Of a stretch of DNA of 64,000 nucleotides, positions 46,309 through 55,672 are shown one piece after another (within the stretch, counting starts at the first letter, position 1; every line of letters begins with the position of its first letter). This stretch comes from Planctomycetota bacterium. GTDB taxonomy: Bacteria; Planctomycetota; PLA2; JAEUHO01. The notes below the pieces were generated by a model. It ran no database searches. It was not told the origin of the DNA and saw only the letters and a list, made by a program, of their open reading frames with translations. The stretch covers positions 1,920,001 to 1,984,000 of the forward strand of contig CBDCTJ010000007.1 in NCBI GenBank assembly GCA_965222115.1, written 5' to 3'. A program made the position numbers and the translations under genes.

Positions 46309-48342
46309 ATGCCTACGGATCGACCCCAAGACTCCCGCTTTCCCCGCGATCCCCGCCTAATGGGTCGTGCCGGGGAGCCGCACGCAAGAGCCGACGACGC
46401 CAACAAATGGATCTTTGAGGCGAATGAATGCCTTGAGATTCCCGAGCAGCGTTCTTCGTGGCGAGATTCGTCTTCGCAGACTGGAGAAGACGTAGGAGTT
46501 GATCCGAGCCTCGTATCGACATTGCTAGCCGACGAGGCGCTTCGCCGGCTCGTGATCGAGGTGGCTCGCGTGGAATTGGAAGAGGAATATTCGGCCGGGT
46601 CCGATTCGGTGGCTCACGTTGGTGGTCCCACCGCCGATCGACTCGCAGAGAATGGACTCGCAAGCGTTGGTGCGGGGAGCCCTGGATTGGCGCCCACCAT
46701 TCGCCAGGCGGCCATTCGTGCCTTTAGTGAGTCGTTGGCTTTTGATGAGTCATCGAATGTTCTAAATGGTGCTGGCTCAAATGGTGTCTCGCCTTCGCTC
46801 AGGCTCGTAACAGTGTCCAATCGAAAGGCCGAGTCCAATCGAGAGGCCGATGAGAAGCAGTCGTCGGCTGCTGCTTCTGAACGTTCTGCGGGGAAGGCCA
46901 ACACGTCGTTTCCTTGGATCCGCATTGCGGCGTTGGTGTTGGTCGCCGTGGGTACCGCCGCGTTGTGGGTCGGGTCCACGCCCACGAAAGCCGAGGCGGG
47001 GTTGTCGCTCCAACGCATTGGTCGTCTCAGCCATCGTGGTGCGGTGTGGTCCCTTCCCAGCATTGAGCCCGCGCGCATTGCGCATAAGGGCGAGTCGTTT
47101 ACGCCTCGTGAAGATGAATGGGTGTCGGTCGGACTCACGCATGAGTCGATGGTGGTCGTCGGCACCGGCGATCGCGTGCGCGTCGTTCCCGCGGAGGAGG
47201 TTTTCGCTTCGTTTGATGTCGACTCGATTGAAGCCAATCGCCACACAAAAGCACTTGGCGCATCGATCCGTCCAGGTCAGGGCATGCTTCGCTTGGAAGC
47301 GGGCGAAGCACGTATTGCGTGCAAGCCCGGTGAACCGGTGGTGTTGGCCATAGGTACCGCTGGTGTGCTCGTCGTGGACTACGGCGCGGTCCATGTCGTC
47401 TTGGAGAGCGGGCTTGCGCATCCGATTGAGTCGGGACGATCGACGGCACGAATCGCAAGTGATGTGAGCGCGCCTCTCATTGCGCTCGCGCCTCGCAGTC
47501 GCGCCGAGTTTTATCCATCCGGCCGATCGAACACGGACTCGAGCACTGCATCGAGCGAGGTGTCGTCAACAAACGATGCAACATATGAGAGTTTTGTTTT
47601 GTGCGCCGGCGCGCGCGCATTGGTTGGCGACGGCTTTGTTGAGCCCGTAGGGGCGGCCGATCTTTCGCTGTTTCGTGAGCTTCGATTCTTCGGCGGTCAT
47701 GTGCCGCGTCCCTTGGCACAGCCACGTGTTCATCCGCGTCGATTCCGCGTGGGCGGTGTAGTGGCTCGCACGGGACGGCACGAAGTCTCTTTAGGCTATC
47801 GTCGATCGACGAAGCGCGATAGTGAGCGCAAGCAACCGGAAACCCATGCGGCCTATTACATTGCCCGACTCTCCTATCGGCCGCCGCCGGCATTGGCGGA
47901 TGCACAGTCGATTCGTGTAGAACTGCGGGCGCCGAAGGGCGCGGCCGCTTGGCTCTTGCGTGAGCCCATCGCGTTGAAAGACCTTCGCGTTCTCAAATCA
48001 CCGCCTGCGTCGGCGGTAGTGAACGATGCGAATACGGCGTCGCATGAACCGAGCACGGCTCATTTCGAGCTCGCGCTTCCCCGCGGTTGGTATGCCGCGC
48101 TGAACGGTCGCCCACTCGAAATTGCGCTCTGGTTGCCCGTGTCTCGGGCGGTGCAGAATCAAGGATCCGGTACGCCGTCGTCGCGACCGTCGCGTTTTGG
48201 TCGGCTCGGCGTCTTTGACGGCGTAACGTTTGTTCTTGAGGAAGGCGACGGCGTGTACGACACGCCGCGTAACGATTCAAATCCTTGCTCCATTCCTTCT
48301 GGAAATGAACCTGCTTCCACGACGAAGCGGAGGAATTCATGA
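46309..48342 (+). CDS. Hypothetical single-TM protein with a FecR-like periplasmic segment
   Basis: TM WIRIAALVLVAVGTAALWV; LRLEAGEARI resembles FecR beta strands; stop overlaps the start of the next gene. Confidence 0.45.
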   Translation: MPTDRPQDSRFPRDPRLMGRAGEPHARADDANKWIFEANECLEIPEQRSSWRDSSSQTGEDVGVDPSLVSTLLADEALRRLVIEVARVELEEEYSAGSDSVAHVGGPTADRLAENGLASVGAGSPGLAPTIRQAAIRAFSESLAFDESSNVLNGAGSNGVSPSLRLVTVSNRKAESNREADEKQSSAAASERSAGKANTSFPWIRIAALVLVAVGTAALWVGSTPTKAEAGLSLQRIGRLSHRGAVWSLPSIEPARIAHKGESFTPREDEWVSVGLTHESMVVVGTGDRVRVVPAEEVFASFDVDSIEANRHTKALGASIRPGQGMLRLEAGEARIACKPGEPVVLAIGTAGVLVVDYGAVHVVLESGLAHPIESGRSTARIASDVSAPLIALAPRSRAEFYPSGRSNTDSSTASSEVSSTNDATYESFVLCAGARALVGDGFVEPVGAADLSLFRELRFFGGHVPRPLAQPRVHPRRFRVGGVVARTGRHEVSLGYRRSTKRDSERKQPETHAAYYIARLSYRPPPALADAQSIRVELRAPKGAAAWLLREPIALKDLRVLKSPPASAVVNDANTASHEPSTAHFELALPRGWYAALNGRPLEIALWLPVSRAVQNQGSGTPSSRPSRFGRLGVFDGVTFVLEEGDGVYDTPRNDSNPCSIPSGNEPASTTKRRNS

Positions 48343-51300
48343 TGCAACGAAATCTTCGAACGCCTGCCGAACACGGCGTGGCCATGATCATCGTCATCTC
48401 CATTTTGGTGACCATGCTGCTCATTGCCGTGCCGTTTGCGATGAGCATGCGCCAAGGTGAAGAGCGCACCGAAGCCGTGGCCGCTAAGCATCGCGCCATT
48501 ACGGATGCTCAGGTGTTGAGCGATTTGGTGAAGGCGTTCTTGCAAGGGACGCGTCCCGAGCAAGAGGCCGCGCTGCGCACGCGTGGGGGCGGGGCGCTCG
48601 GCGTTGACGCCGATCCCAATGTGGACTCGCTTGCCGAGATTACGCCCGATGAGCGATTTCGTTCAAAGGCTGCGGAGATCATTACCGAGCAGTGGATCAC
48701 CGATCCCGCCATGGCGGCGCGCGCACAGAGTTTGAAGGCACGTGGGCTCTCGCCCCTTAACGATGATCGTGGTTCGATTTGGACCGTGCGTGTGCAAGAT
48801 GCACAGGCGCGCATCAATGTGAATAGCGGCGCCGTATGGTTGCTCGCCAATGTCATGGGTGCGGCCACACTCTCAGAAGATGTGGACGGCGGCGCCACCG
48901 ACATTCCCGTCAGCAACGTTGTGGCACCCCTCGCAGGGTTCCCCGGGTTCCCCAGAGAGAACGGCTTCATTCGCATTGGTCGTGAGGTCATTAGCTACGA
49001 ACAGTTCGATGGCTCGGCATTTCGCAATTGCACTCGAAGTGCACTGCAAGATTCACCGCTTGGCGACAATGGTACGGCCGAAGAGTACGAGCAGGGCACA
49101 CCGGTCATCGATTACGTGGCCTACAAAGTGGCGACCCATCTTTTTGCAAGCAAGCCTGGCGAAATCAACCGCTTCCGCACGGTGGAAGAACTCAAGAACA
49201 TCGCCACCTGGGGTGGTGGCGGCACCATGCTCTCCGATCGCCTTGAACAGTTGGAGCCATTCCTCACAGCCTTTAGCCGGCGGGAAACTGCCGGGGGCTG
49301 GATGGCGGAACAACTCGTCACCAATCAGTTGCCCGAGTCCCTGGAAACGGGTAGCGCCGATGTAGTGAAGGTGCGTGACCTCGTCAATCCCGCGGGGAAC
49401 TCGTGGTACGTAAATCCCGGTACGCCCGTACGCATTTCAAATGGCGTGCACACGGCCTACCAGATGGTCGCCAACTTGGGTGATCTAGACGGCCGTCAAC
49501 GAGGTCGCCAGTTCGCTTTGGCGGGTACGGTGGGCAGTCTCGGTGGTGACATCACCTTCGAAGGTGGCGAAACGCGCGTCGCTGCGTTTGCACCCTATCC
49601 CATCAACATCAATACGGCGTCGCGGGAAGTCCTGTATGCCGTCATGGCCAACGTGCAGCTATGGCGCGCGAAATCGGACGAACAGATTGTCACGCCCAAG
49701 TTGGCGTGGATGTTGGCGGAGATGATTGAGCGCGAGCGCAAGGGCGCATTGTCCGTCGATGCCGAGTCCGGCGAGCGCCGCAGTGGTCCGTTTCGCCATG
49801 CTGAGGATTTCGGCCGCTTTCTCGGCAAGCTTGTGGATGCGGGCACGCTCAAGCTCGCACAGCAAGCGGCGCTGTATTTGAACGCCACCAATCCACACTG
49901 CTCAGAACTGCGTTTTGGTACCGCGCCGTGGAACTATCGCACGTTGGATGTCTATCACGTGGAGACGCGTGTTGCGCTCAATAATCGCGTGGGTGAACAG
50001 ATTGCGGTTGCGGGCACGCGCGAAGTTGTTGAAATCGGTAGCGATAGCACCTGTGTATGGAGCATCGACTCGCAGAGTGAGTTCGAGCAGCGCTTGGAGC
50101 AGGGCCACGGCGCCAAGTGGACCACCACGTTTCCCTACAACGTGACGTTTAAAAATGAGGGATTGGCCCACATTCAGCCCGGGATTCGCGGGCCGCAGCA
50201 GTTTATTCGTGAGATTTATCCAAGCGACGACCGCGAGGAAGACCTCGGGGACGTTCGTATGGAGCCGGCGCGCATGCGTTTGCCCGGTGCGCAGGTCATC
50301 GACAACTTTGATTCGCGTTATTACGCCTACGGCCATTACACCGTGTACGACGGCGTCTATCGCAAGCGCACCAACCAGACGTTGATGGGTCGTCGCGACA
50401 AGGTCGTGCGTCCGTTCAAAATGTCGTTCTGGTGGCGCCCCTATTCCAGCGCCAACTGGACAGCGTTTGATTGCGCGCGCGAAAAGTTCGAAGATCGTTT
50501 TGCGATCTTTGTGACCGACAGCGAAAACGGTGGGCAAGAGCTGGTATTCCGTTGTTGCGCGAGCACGCTTGAGCAGCGCGGTGCGGAAGTCTATGTTCCC
50601 CTGGAGCGCATCGGCTACGAACCCGGTACGTGGTACCACATCGACGTGAGTTGCCGAGGGGAAGATCCCTCCACCATGCAACTGCTAGTTGATGGTGTGG
50701 ATGTTGGTATTCGCCGCTCGTTTACCTATTTGCGATCTTCGATTTCACAATCCGACGAGGAGATCGGCGTGGAGTCCACTGCGGGTTTCCCACCGCGCGG
50801 TGCACTGCGTATTGGCAACGAGATCATTGAGTACGATCTACTTGCAGGCGATACGGGATTTAGTGAGCTACTGCGCGGCGCACGCGGCACCACGGCGGGG
50901 GATTGGGCCGAGGGCACACCGGTGCACTTGCTTGGCTATTCACTGCCCATTACCGTGGATGTCATGAAGGGTGGCGCCACGCTCGAGGACGGGCTCGGCA
51001 AATGGCGCGCAGTTCGCATTGTGAGCGATGAAGACTCGTTGACGGTCAATGTGGGACCCAATGGCGACATGCCCATTGTGATTTTCGGGTATGCCCCCGA
51101 GAACACAGAGCCCACGCTTGAGATCACGGGTATGTGGAATTATGACGACACCGAGTGTACCGATGCGTTTCAGTCAGAAGGATTTGCGCTCCTCGGTTGC
51201 CCCAAGCCAACGTTTTCCGATGGTGTTAATGCAGAAGAAGAGCCGGAGGTCATTCTCGGTGGCCATGAGGTTGTCTACTACACGAAGAACGGGAACTCCT

Positions 51301-53927
51301 TCACCGTTGAGCGCTTTCAAAAGACCGCGTGGCAAGGGGCCGCAGAGCCCTACTTCTTGATTTCGGGGGCGGATGCGGGTGCGGGGAAGTTCAACTTTCC
51401 CTGTTACATGTTGCCCATATCGATCTTAGCAAGCGGCGGGCAGGATCCCGATGCTTATCTCAATCCAGCGGTTGTGGAACATCGAGAGATTCTTGGTCGG
51501 TATTACAACAATAGTGAGTCTGCGCGCATCTTGATTGGAACCGACGATCCTGTGGATCAACATGAAGTGATTCGATATGACTCCATCGATACGCAACGTG
51601 CGCAGACGGGCGCGTTGTTTCTTCGCGACCGTGCGTTGGGCAGAATAACGCGACATTTCTTTGGAAACTCTGAGACGATTGAAGGTGGTTCATCCACCAA
51701 TCCAGATCCCGACCCTGACCCCGATCCGGATCCAGATCCCGATCCCACGCCAGATCCCGGTCCTGGTTCAGGGGGTGGTAGTGGCGGAGGTGTCATCGAT
51801 CCGGTGCCGGGCGATGGTGACGCGCCCCAACCCAATGGTGAGATTCCTCCTGGTTTGAGAGATCCGGAAGACACGCCCAGCACGGAAGATCCAGATGAGG
51901 GTGAGACACCGACGGAACCCGGTACGGGCGAGCCTGATGAGGGAGAGGGCGAAGGCGGTAGCGAAGAACCAGATGAGCCCACTGGCGAGACGCAAGAAGA
52001 GGAAGAGAGTGGAGATAGTCTTCTCGATGGAGAGGGGGAAGGCGTCGAAGAAGATGACGTGGACGACAACGGAAGCGATACAGGGGGTGACAACGGGGAG
52101 GGTACGGGTGGTGCCAAGCCCACGCCCGAAGAGCCCACAGAAGACGAGAGTGGTGGTGGTGAATCTGAGTCATCACCCGAACCTGATCGGGAAGACGAGA
52201 TCATTCCCAATCAAGTTCTGCAGGATGACGTCGAGGTTGATGAAGACGTGCCACAGGAGGACACCGAGTTCGGTCTGGGCCGAAATGTGTACTACGAGCC
52301 GTTGGGGCCGAGAACCGCGATCGATGAATTGGGGTTCCGTGGCGTGAACGGAACAGTTCACCGTGATCACGCTTCCGGAGGTGAAGAACGCAACAGCCGC
52401 GTGATTCCTTGTTTCCGCGTATGGCAAGGTGGCTCGGGCATCACCGCTCGTGTGGGTCGCAACGACCGCATCACTTTGACGAGCGGGAGCCTGGAGGATC
52501 CAGTCGAGTATGAAGTCGGCATCCGTTGGGCCAGTAGCGATTGGGTCGCGCCGGAAGACTTTCCGCCTGAACGTATTAAGGCGGCCGTACAGGGCGCGCG
52601 TACGATTCGTACGGATTGGCGTGAGTTTCCTCGGGCACTTAAGTTCCCCTCGGGCGAACTACCGAGTCGTTTAGGCCGAGAGATTGAGTTTGGCCAGAGT
52701 ACGGTGTCGGACAGCGGCATTGCTACGGCCTTCATGGATGACCTGCATATATGGCGACAAGATCTCGATCCACCGCTGCGTGTGGTGAATGAAGAAGAGA
52801 TCACGCCCACGACGCCCGAGATCGCCGTAGTCAATACCGTCAATTTGCGTGAAGTATCGGACTTTGATGGGTTCCGCGCCAGCGGCGGCCTGATCATGGT
52901 TGAAAGCGAGATCATTTACTACCGCGGATACCGCGTGGACGGTGAGCGCACCTACGTCTTTGAAAACTGCATTCGTGGCGTGATGGGCACGCGCGCACGT
53001 GCCCATGCCATTGGTGCCAAGGCGCGCTTGCTGGCCGACATTCCCGCATCAACGCTGCAAGGGGGGCTCGCACCCGAGTCGTCGTCGATTCCTATTGCGG
53101 ATGCACGCAACTGGCCCAGCGAGGGTCTTGTGCGCATCGTTGGCGAGGAAACGGTCGAGTTGGCCCACTACACCCGTAAGAGTGGCGCCGACCTGATTAT
53201 GCCCGAGTCGCTGGATGCCGATCGGCGTTCCCGTGGACGCGGGTTATTCCGCGGTCGCTTTGGCACCGAAGCCATGTCGCATGACTCCGATCAGGTCGTG
53301 TTCTTCCATCCCTACCGTTTCTGGGATCGCTTTGCGCCGCGTGCGGCGGAAGACGGGGACGCGTTCCCCGGTGTACACGATCATCCCGAGACGTCCTACC
53401 TTGAGCTCGGCACCAAGGTGCACTCGGCCTATTGGCGTGGATTTACATGGCAAGAGAACCTGATCGCCAACTCGCGAGGTGCTGGAAACACGTTCGACAG
53501 CAGTGTCGGTGATGGCAGTGGCGCGCTTGATGTGATTGTGCTGGCGCGCTTCAATCCCAACGTCCCGTGGGACAGTACGCGCGTCATGGATATGCGCGAT
53601 GCGTCAAGCGGGCTCGGGCAGACGTCGGGCGACAAGCGGGATGCCATGGATGCCCTGTTCGTGTTTGACGCACCGGGCGAAGGCGTGATCGGGTCTGGAC
53701 TGAACGGTCATCACTTGGGTGTTGAATCCGACACGGCCGAATTCCGGGTCTACTTTGACTACAAGCCAAATGCCTATGAGGCCATGGACTTCCCGTCTAC
53801 ATCGGGCACGGTCTTTGATGATGAGCGCGTGTTCGTCAATGACTGGAAGTCCACGCCGTGGCTTCAGGCGCTCCGCGCGTCCTATGTGAGCCGAACGAAG
53901 ACGCGTTACCGCGTGCCGTTGCGATAG
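48339..53927 (+). CDS. Giant GspK/PilX-like minor (pseudo)pilin with a LamG-like domain and phage-structural-type repeats
   Basis: Prepilin-like EHG|VAMIIVISILV; GspK-type motifs VQDAQARINVN, FRTVEEL, LEPFLT, ININTASREVL, GPF; LamG-like WYHIDV...LLVDG. Confidence 0.65.
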   Translation: MMQRNLRTPAEHGVAMIIVISILVTMLLIAVPFAMSMRQGEERTEAVAAKHRAITDAQVLSDLVKAFLQGTRPEQEAALRTRGGGALGVDADPNVDSLAEITPDERFRSKAAEIITEQWITDPAMAARAQSLKARGLSPLNDDRGSIWTVRVQDAQARINVNSGAVWLLANVMGAATLSEDVDGGATDIPVSNVVAPLAGFPGFPRENGFIRIGREVISYEQFDGSAFRNCTRSALQDSPLGDNGTAEEYEQGTPVIDYVAYKVATHLFASKPGEINRFRTVEELKNIATWGGGGTMLSDRLEQLEPFLTAFSRRETAGGWMAEQLVTNQLPESLETGSADVVKVRDLVNPAGNSWYVNPGTPVRISNGVHTAYQMVANLGDLDGRQRGRQFALAGTVGSLGGDITFEGGETRVAAFAPYPININTASREVLYAVMANVQLWRAKSDEQIVTPKLAWMLAEMIERERKGALSVDAESGERRSGPFRHAEDFGRFLGKLVDAGTLKLAQQAALYLNATNPHCSELRFGTAPWNYRTLDVYHVETRVALNNRVGEQIAVAGTREVVEIGSDSTCVWSIDSQSEFEQRLEQGHGAKWTTTFPYNVTFKNEGLAHIQPGIRGPQQFIREIYPSDDREEDLGDVRMEPARMRLPGAQVIDNFDSRYYAYGHYTVYDGVYRKRTNQTLMGRRDKVVRPFKMSFWWRPYSSANWTAFDCAREKFEDRFAIFVTDSENGGQELVFRCCASTLEQRGAEVYVPLERIGYEPGTWYHIDVSCRGEDPSTMQLLVDGVDVGIRRSFTYLRSSISQSDEEIGVESTAGFPPRGALRIGNEIIEYDLLAGDTGFSELLRGARGTTAGDWAEGTPVHLLGYSLPITVDVMKGGATLEDGLGKWRAVRIVSDEDSLTVNVGPNGDMPIVIFGYAPENTEPTLEITGMWNYDDTECTDAFQSEGFALLGCPKPTFSDGVNAEEEPEVILGGHEVVYYTKNGNSFTVERFQKTAWQGAAEPYFLISGADAGAGKFNFPCYMLPISILASGGQDPDAYLNPAVVEHREILGRYYNNSESARILIGTDDPVDQHEVIRYDSIDTQRAQTGALFLRDRALGRITRHFFGNSETIEGGSSTNPDPDPDPDPDPDPDPTPDPGPGSGGGSGGGVIDPVPGDGDAPQPNGEIPPGLRDPEDTPSTEDPDEGETPTEPGTGEPDEGEGEGGSEEPDEPTGETQEEEESGDSLLDGEGEGVEEDDVDDNGSDTGGDNGEGTGGAKPTPEEPTEDESGGGESESSPEPDREDEIIPNQVLQDDVEVDEDVPQEDTEFGLGRNVYYEPLGPRTAIDELGFRGVNGTVHRDHASGGEERNSRVIPCFRVWQGGSGITARVGRNDRITLTSGSLEDPVEYEVGIRWASSDWVAPEDFPPERIKAAVQGARTIRTDWREFPRALKFPSGELPSRLGREIEFGQSTVSDSGIATAFMDDLHIWRQDLDPPLRVVNEEEITPTTPEIAVVNTVNLREVSDFDGFRASGGLIMVESEIIYYRGYRVDGERTYVFENCIRGVMGTRARAHAIGAKARLLADIPASTLQGGLAPESSSIPIADARNWPSEGLVRIVGEETVELAHYTRKSGADLIMPESLDADRRSRGRGLFRGRFGTEAMSHDSDQVVFFHPYRFWDRFAPRAAEDGDAFPGVHDHPETSYLELGTKVHSAYWRGFTWQENLIANSRGAGNTFDSSVGDGSGALDVIVLARFNPNVPWDSTRVMDMRDASSGLGQTSGDKRDAMDALFVFDAPGEGVIGSGLNGHHLGVESDTAEFRVYFDYKPNAYEAMDFPSTSGTVFDDERVFVNDWKSTPWLQALRASYVSRTKTRYRVPLR

Positions 53928-53986
53928 CGACTACCGCAATCGCTCGTTCAGGCGGGCAAAGCACCCTGTAACGGGCGATCGCCAGC

Positions 53987-54016
53987 AAGGGACGTCTCCA
54001 TTTGGGGGCGTCCCTT
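53987..54016 (+). terminator. Strong hairpin downstream of the giant gene, probable terminator
   Basis: AAGGGACGTCTCC-ATTT-GGGGGCGTCCCTT (13 bp with G:U pairs); weak U-tract. Confidence 0.55.
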
Positions 54017-54117
54017 CTCAATTGCGTCGATGATCCGTCCGTCCATAGCAAAGAATCTCTCGCCGAGGCCACCGGGGCGGATAGCCTGCGTGCGTTCGAG
54101 TACCGGAGACCTCACTG

Positions 54118-54681
54118 ATGGACGCCACTGGAATACGTAAGGGCACCTACCTGACCCACAAGGGCGCGCTCTGGCAGGCGGTGGAAGTGACCCACCGAAC
54201 GCCCGGCAACAAGCGCGGCTTTGTGCAGGTCAAGCTGCGCAATGTCCAAAGTGGCACGCATATCACCGAGCGATTTTCGTCCAACGAAGACGTCGAACGG
54301 GCGTGGCTTGACTCGCGCAAAGCTCAATACCTCTACGACGACGCGCAAACGGGCCCGGTCTTCATGGATTCGGAGACCTACGAACAGTTCGGTTTGAGTC
54401 GCGAGGTGCTTGGCGATGCCATGAATTACGTACTTGAAAATGCCGAGGTCGAACTCACCTTTTATGAGGGCCAAGCAATCGGGTTGGATCTCCCTGCCAA
54501 AGTGGACCTCGTGGTGGTCGAAACCGAGCCCGCGGTCAAGGGCGATACGGTCAGCGGCGTCTCCAAGCCCGCAACGTGTGAAACCGGCGTTGTCGTCAAG
54601 GTCCCCGGACACATCAAGGTGGGGGATAAGATTCGCGTAAGCACGTCCACCGGGGAGTTTCAGGAACGCGTCAATAAGTAG
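54118..54681 (+). CDS. efp: Translation elongation factor P
   Basis: HRTPGNKRGFVQVKLRN, QYLY, FMDSETYEQ, TEPAVKGDT...KPA..ETG..V.VP. Confidence 0.96.
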   Translation: MDATGIRKGTYLTHKGALWQAVEVTHRTPGNKRGFVQVKLRNVQSGTHITERFSSNEDVERAWLDSRKAQYLYDDAQTGPVFMDSETYEQFGLSREVLGDAMNYVLENAEVELTFYEGQAIGLDLPAKVDLVVVETEPAVKGDTVSGVSKPATCETGVVVKVPGHIKVGDKIRVSTSTGEFQERVNK

Positions 54682-54719
54682 GGCGTCGAGAAGTAAGGCG
54701 TCAATGCGAAGACGTAGGG

Positions 54720-55448
54720 GTGGCAATCCGCATGAGCAGGCCTCTCCGCAAGCGTCTTGTGAAGAAGTTGCTCGCCTCACGCGCGACACTCGCGGTGGCG
54801 TCGCCCTTGTTGCGGCTCTATCGCATGGTGGCGTATGGCGGCTTTCTGTGGCGTCATGATCCCACTCTGCTTCGGCTGATGCGCAGTCAAGAGCCCGTTA
54901 TCTTCGCCGTCTGGCATCAGGACTTTGTCCACACGCTTGGCTACATCTCTCGCTGGAACACAAGGCGGCGAACCTATGCGCTTGCCAGTGCAAGCCGAGA
55001 CGGATCGATTGCCGCGACCGCCGCGGAGTCGGTAGGGTTTCGTGCACCGGTGAGAGGCTCGTCGGCCAAGGGCGCTGCGCGCGCTCTGCGTGGATTGCGG
55101 CGCTTGAGTCGTGACGATCCGCGCGCATCGATCACCATTGTGTGCGATGGCCCGCGCCCACCGGCGCGCGTGCTACAGCCCGGCGTCTTGCATATGGCCC
55201 AGGCCTCCGGTCATCCTCTATGGCTCCTGCGAACGTCATTTCATCAACGTAAGGAACTGTCGAGAAGTTGGGCACGGTTTCATCTGCCCTTGCCGTGGTC
55301 GCGCGGTGTGGTTGCCTGCGATGGACCCATTCACGTGCCCGCTTCCCTGTCGCGAAGTGAACTTGATGCGCTCCGCACGCATATCGAACAGCGCCTCAAC
55401 GCATTGGCCGGGGCTGCTGATCGCGTGGCGCAAGCGCTTGATTCATGA
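54720..55448 (+). CDS. DUF374 / lysophospholipid acyltransferase family protein
   Basis: AVWHQD, ASASRDG, VRGSS, DGPRPP, SWARFHLPLPWSR. Confidence 0.85.
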   Translation: MAIRMSRPLRKRLVKKLLASRATLAVASPLLRLYRMVAYGGFLWRHDPTLLRLMRSQEPVIFAVWHQDFVHTLGYISRWNTRRRTYALASASRDGSIAATAAESVGFRAPVRGSSAKGAARALRGLRRLSRDDPRASITIVCDGPRPPARVLQPGVLHMAQASGHPLWLLRTSFHQRKELSRSWARFHLPLPWSRGVVACDGPIHVPASLSRSELDALRTHIEQRLNALAGAADRVAQALDS

Positions 55449-55672
55449 TTTGTGGGGCGTCGCTGAGGCGCGTCGATCATAGAGTGCCAGCCCAGCGGGG
55501 AGTAGGAGCAGATCACCGACGAGTGCTGCCAGCATCATCGCACTCATGAGTTCCGCAGATCGACGAGTCGGCAAGAACGTGGACGTCATCATCAGGGCCA
55601 TGCCGAGGAGTATGATCCGTGTGGTCAACATCATGGCGCGACCGGTTGTCTTCAGTGACACATCGAGTGCGT
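55443..55672 (-). pseudogene. Remnant C-terminus of an MMPL/RND-family transporter
   Basis: ALDVSLKTTGRAMMLTT...STFLPTRR...AALVGDLLLLPA matches the last TMs of MMPL proteins; no N-terminal portion and an in-frame stop a few codons upstream. Confidence 0.6.

Noticed and set aside
51700-51765. GATCCx-type repeats as a CRISPR array or satellite
   Set aside because: They encode a Pro-Asp linker in frame; no spacers or cas genes.
48339-53927. Prophage, suggested by phage-like repeats
   Set aside because: No integrase, terminase, capsid or other phage genes nearby; the gene has a pilin-type N-terminus.
53939-53986. c-di-GMP-I riboswitch-like GGGCAAA...GTAA
   Set aside because: Lacks CGCAAA and the P3 motif; better explained as a simple hairpin before the terminator.
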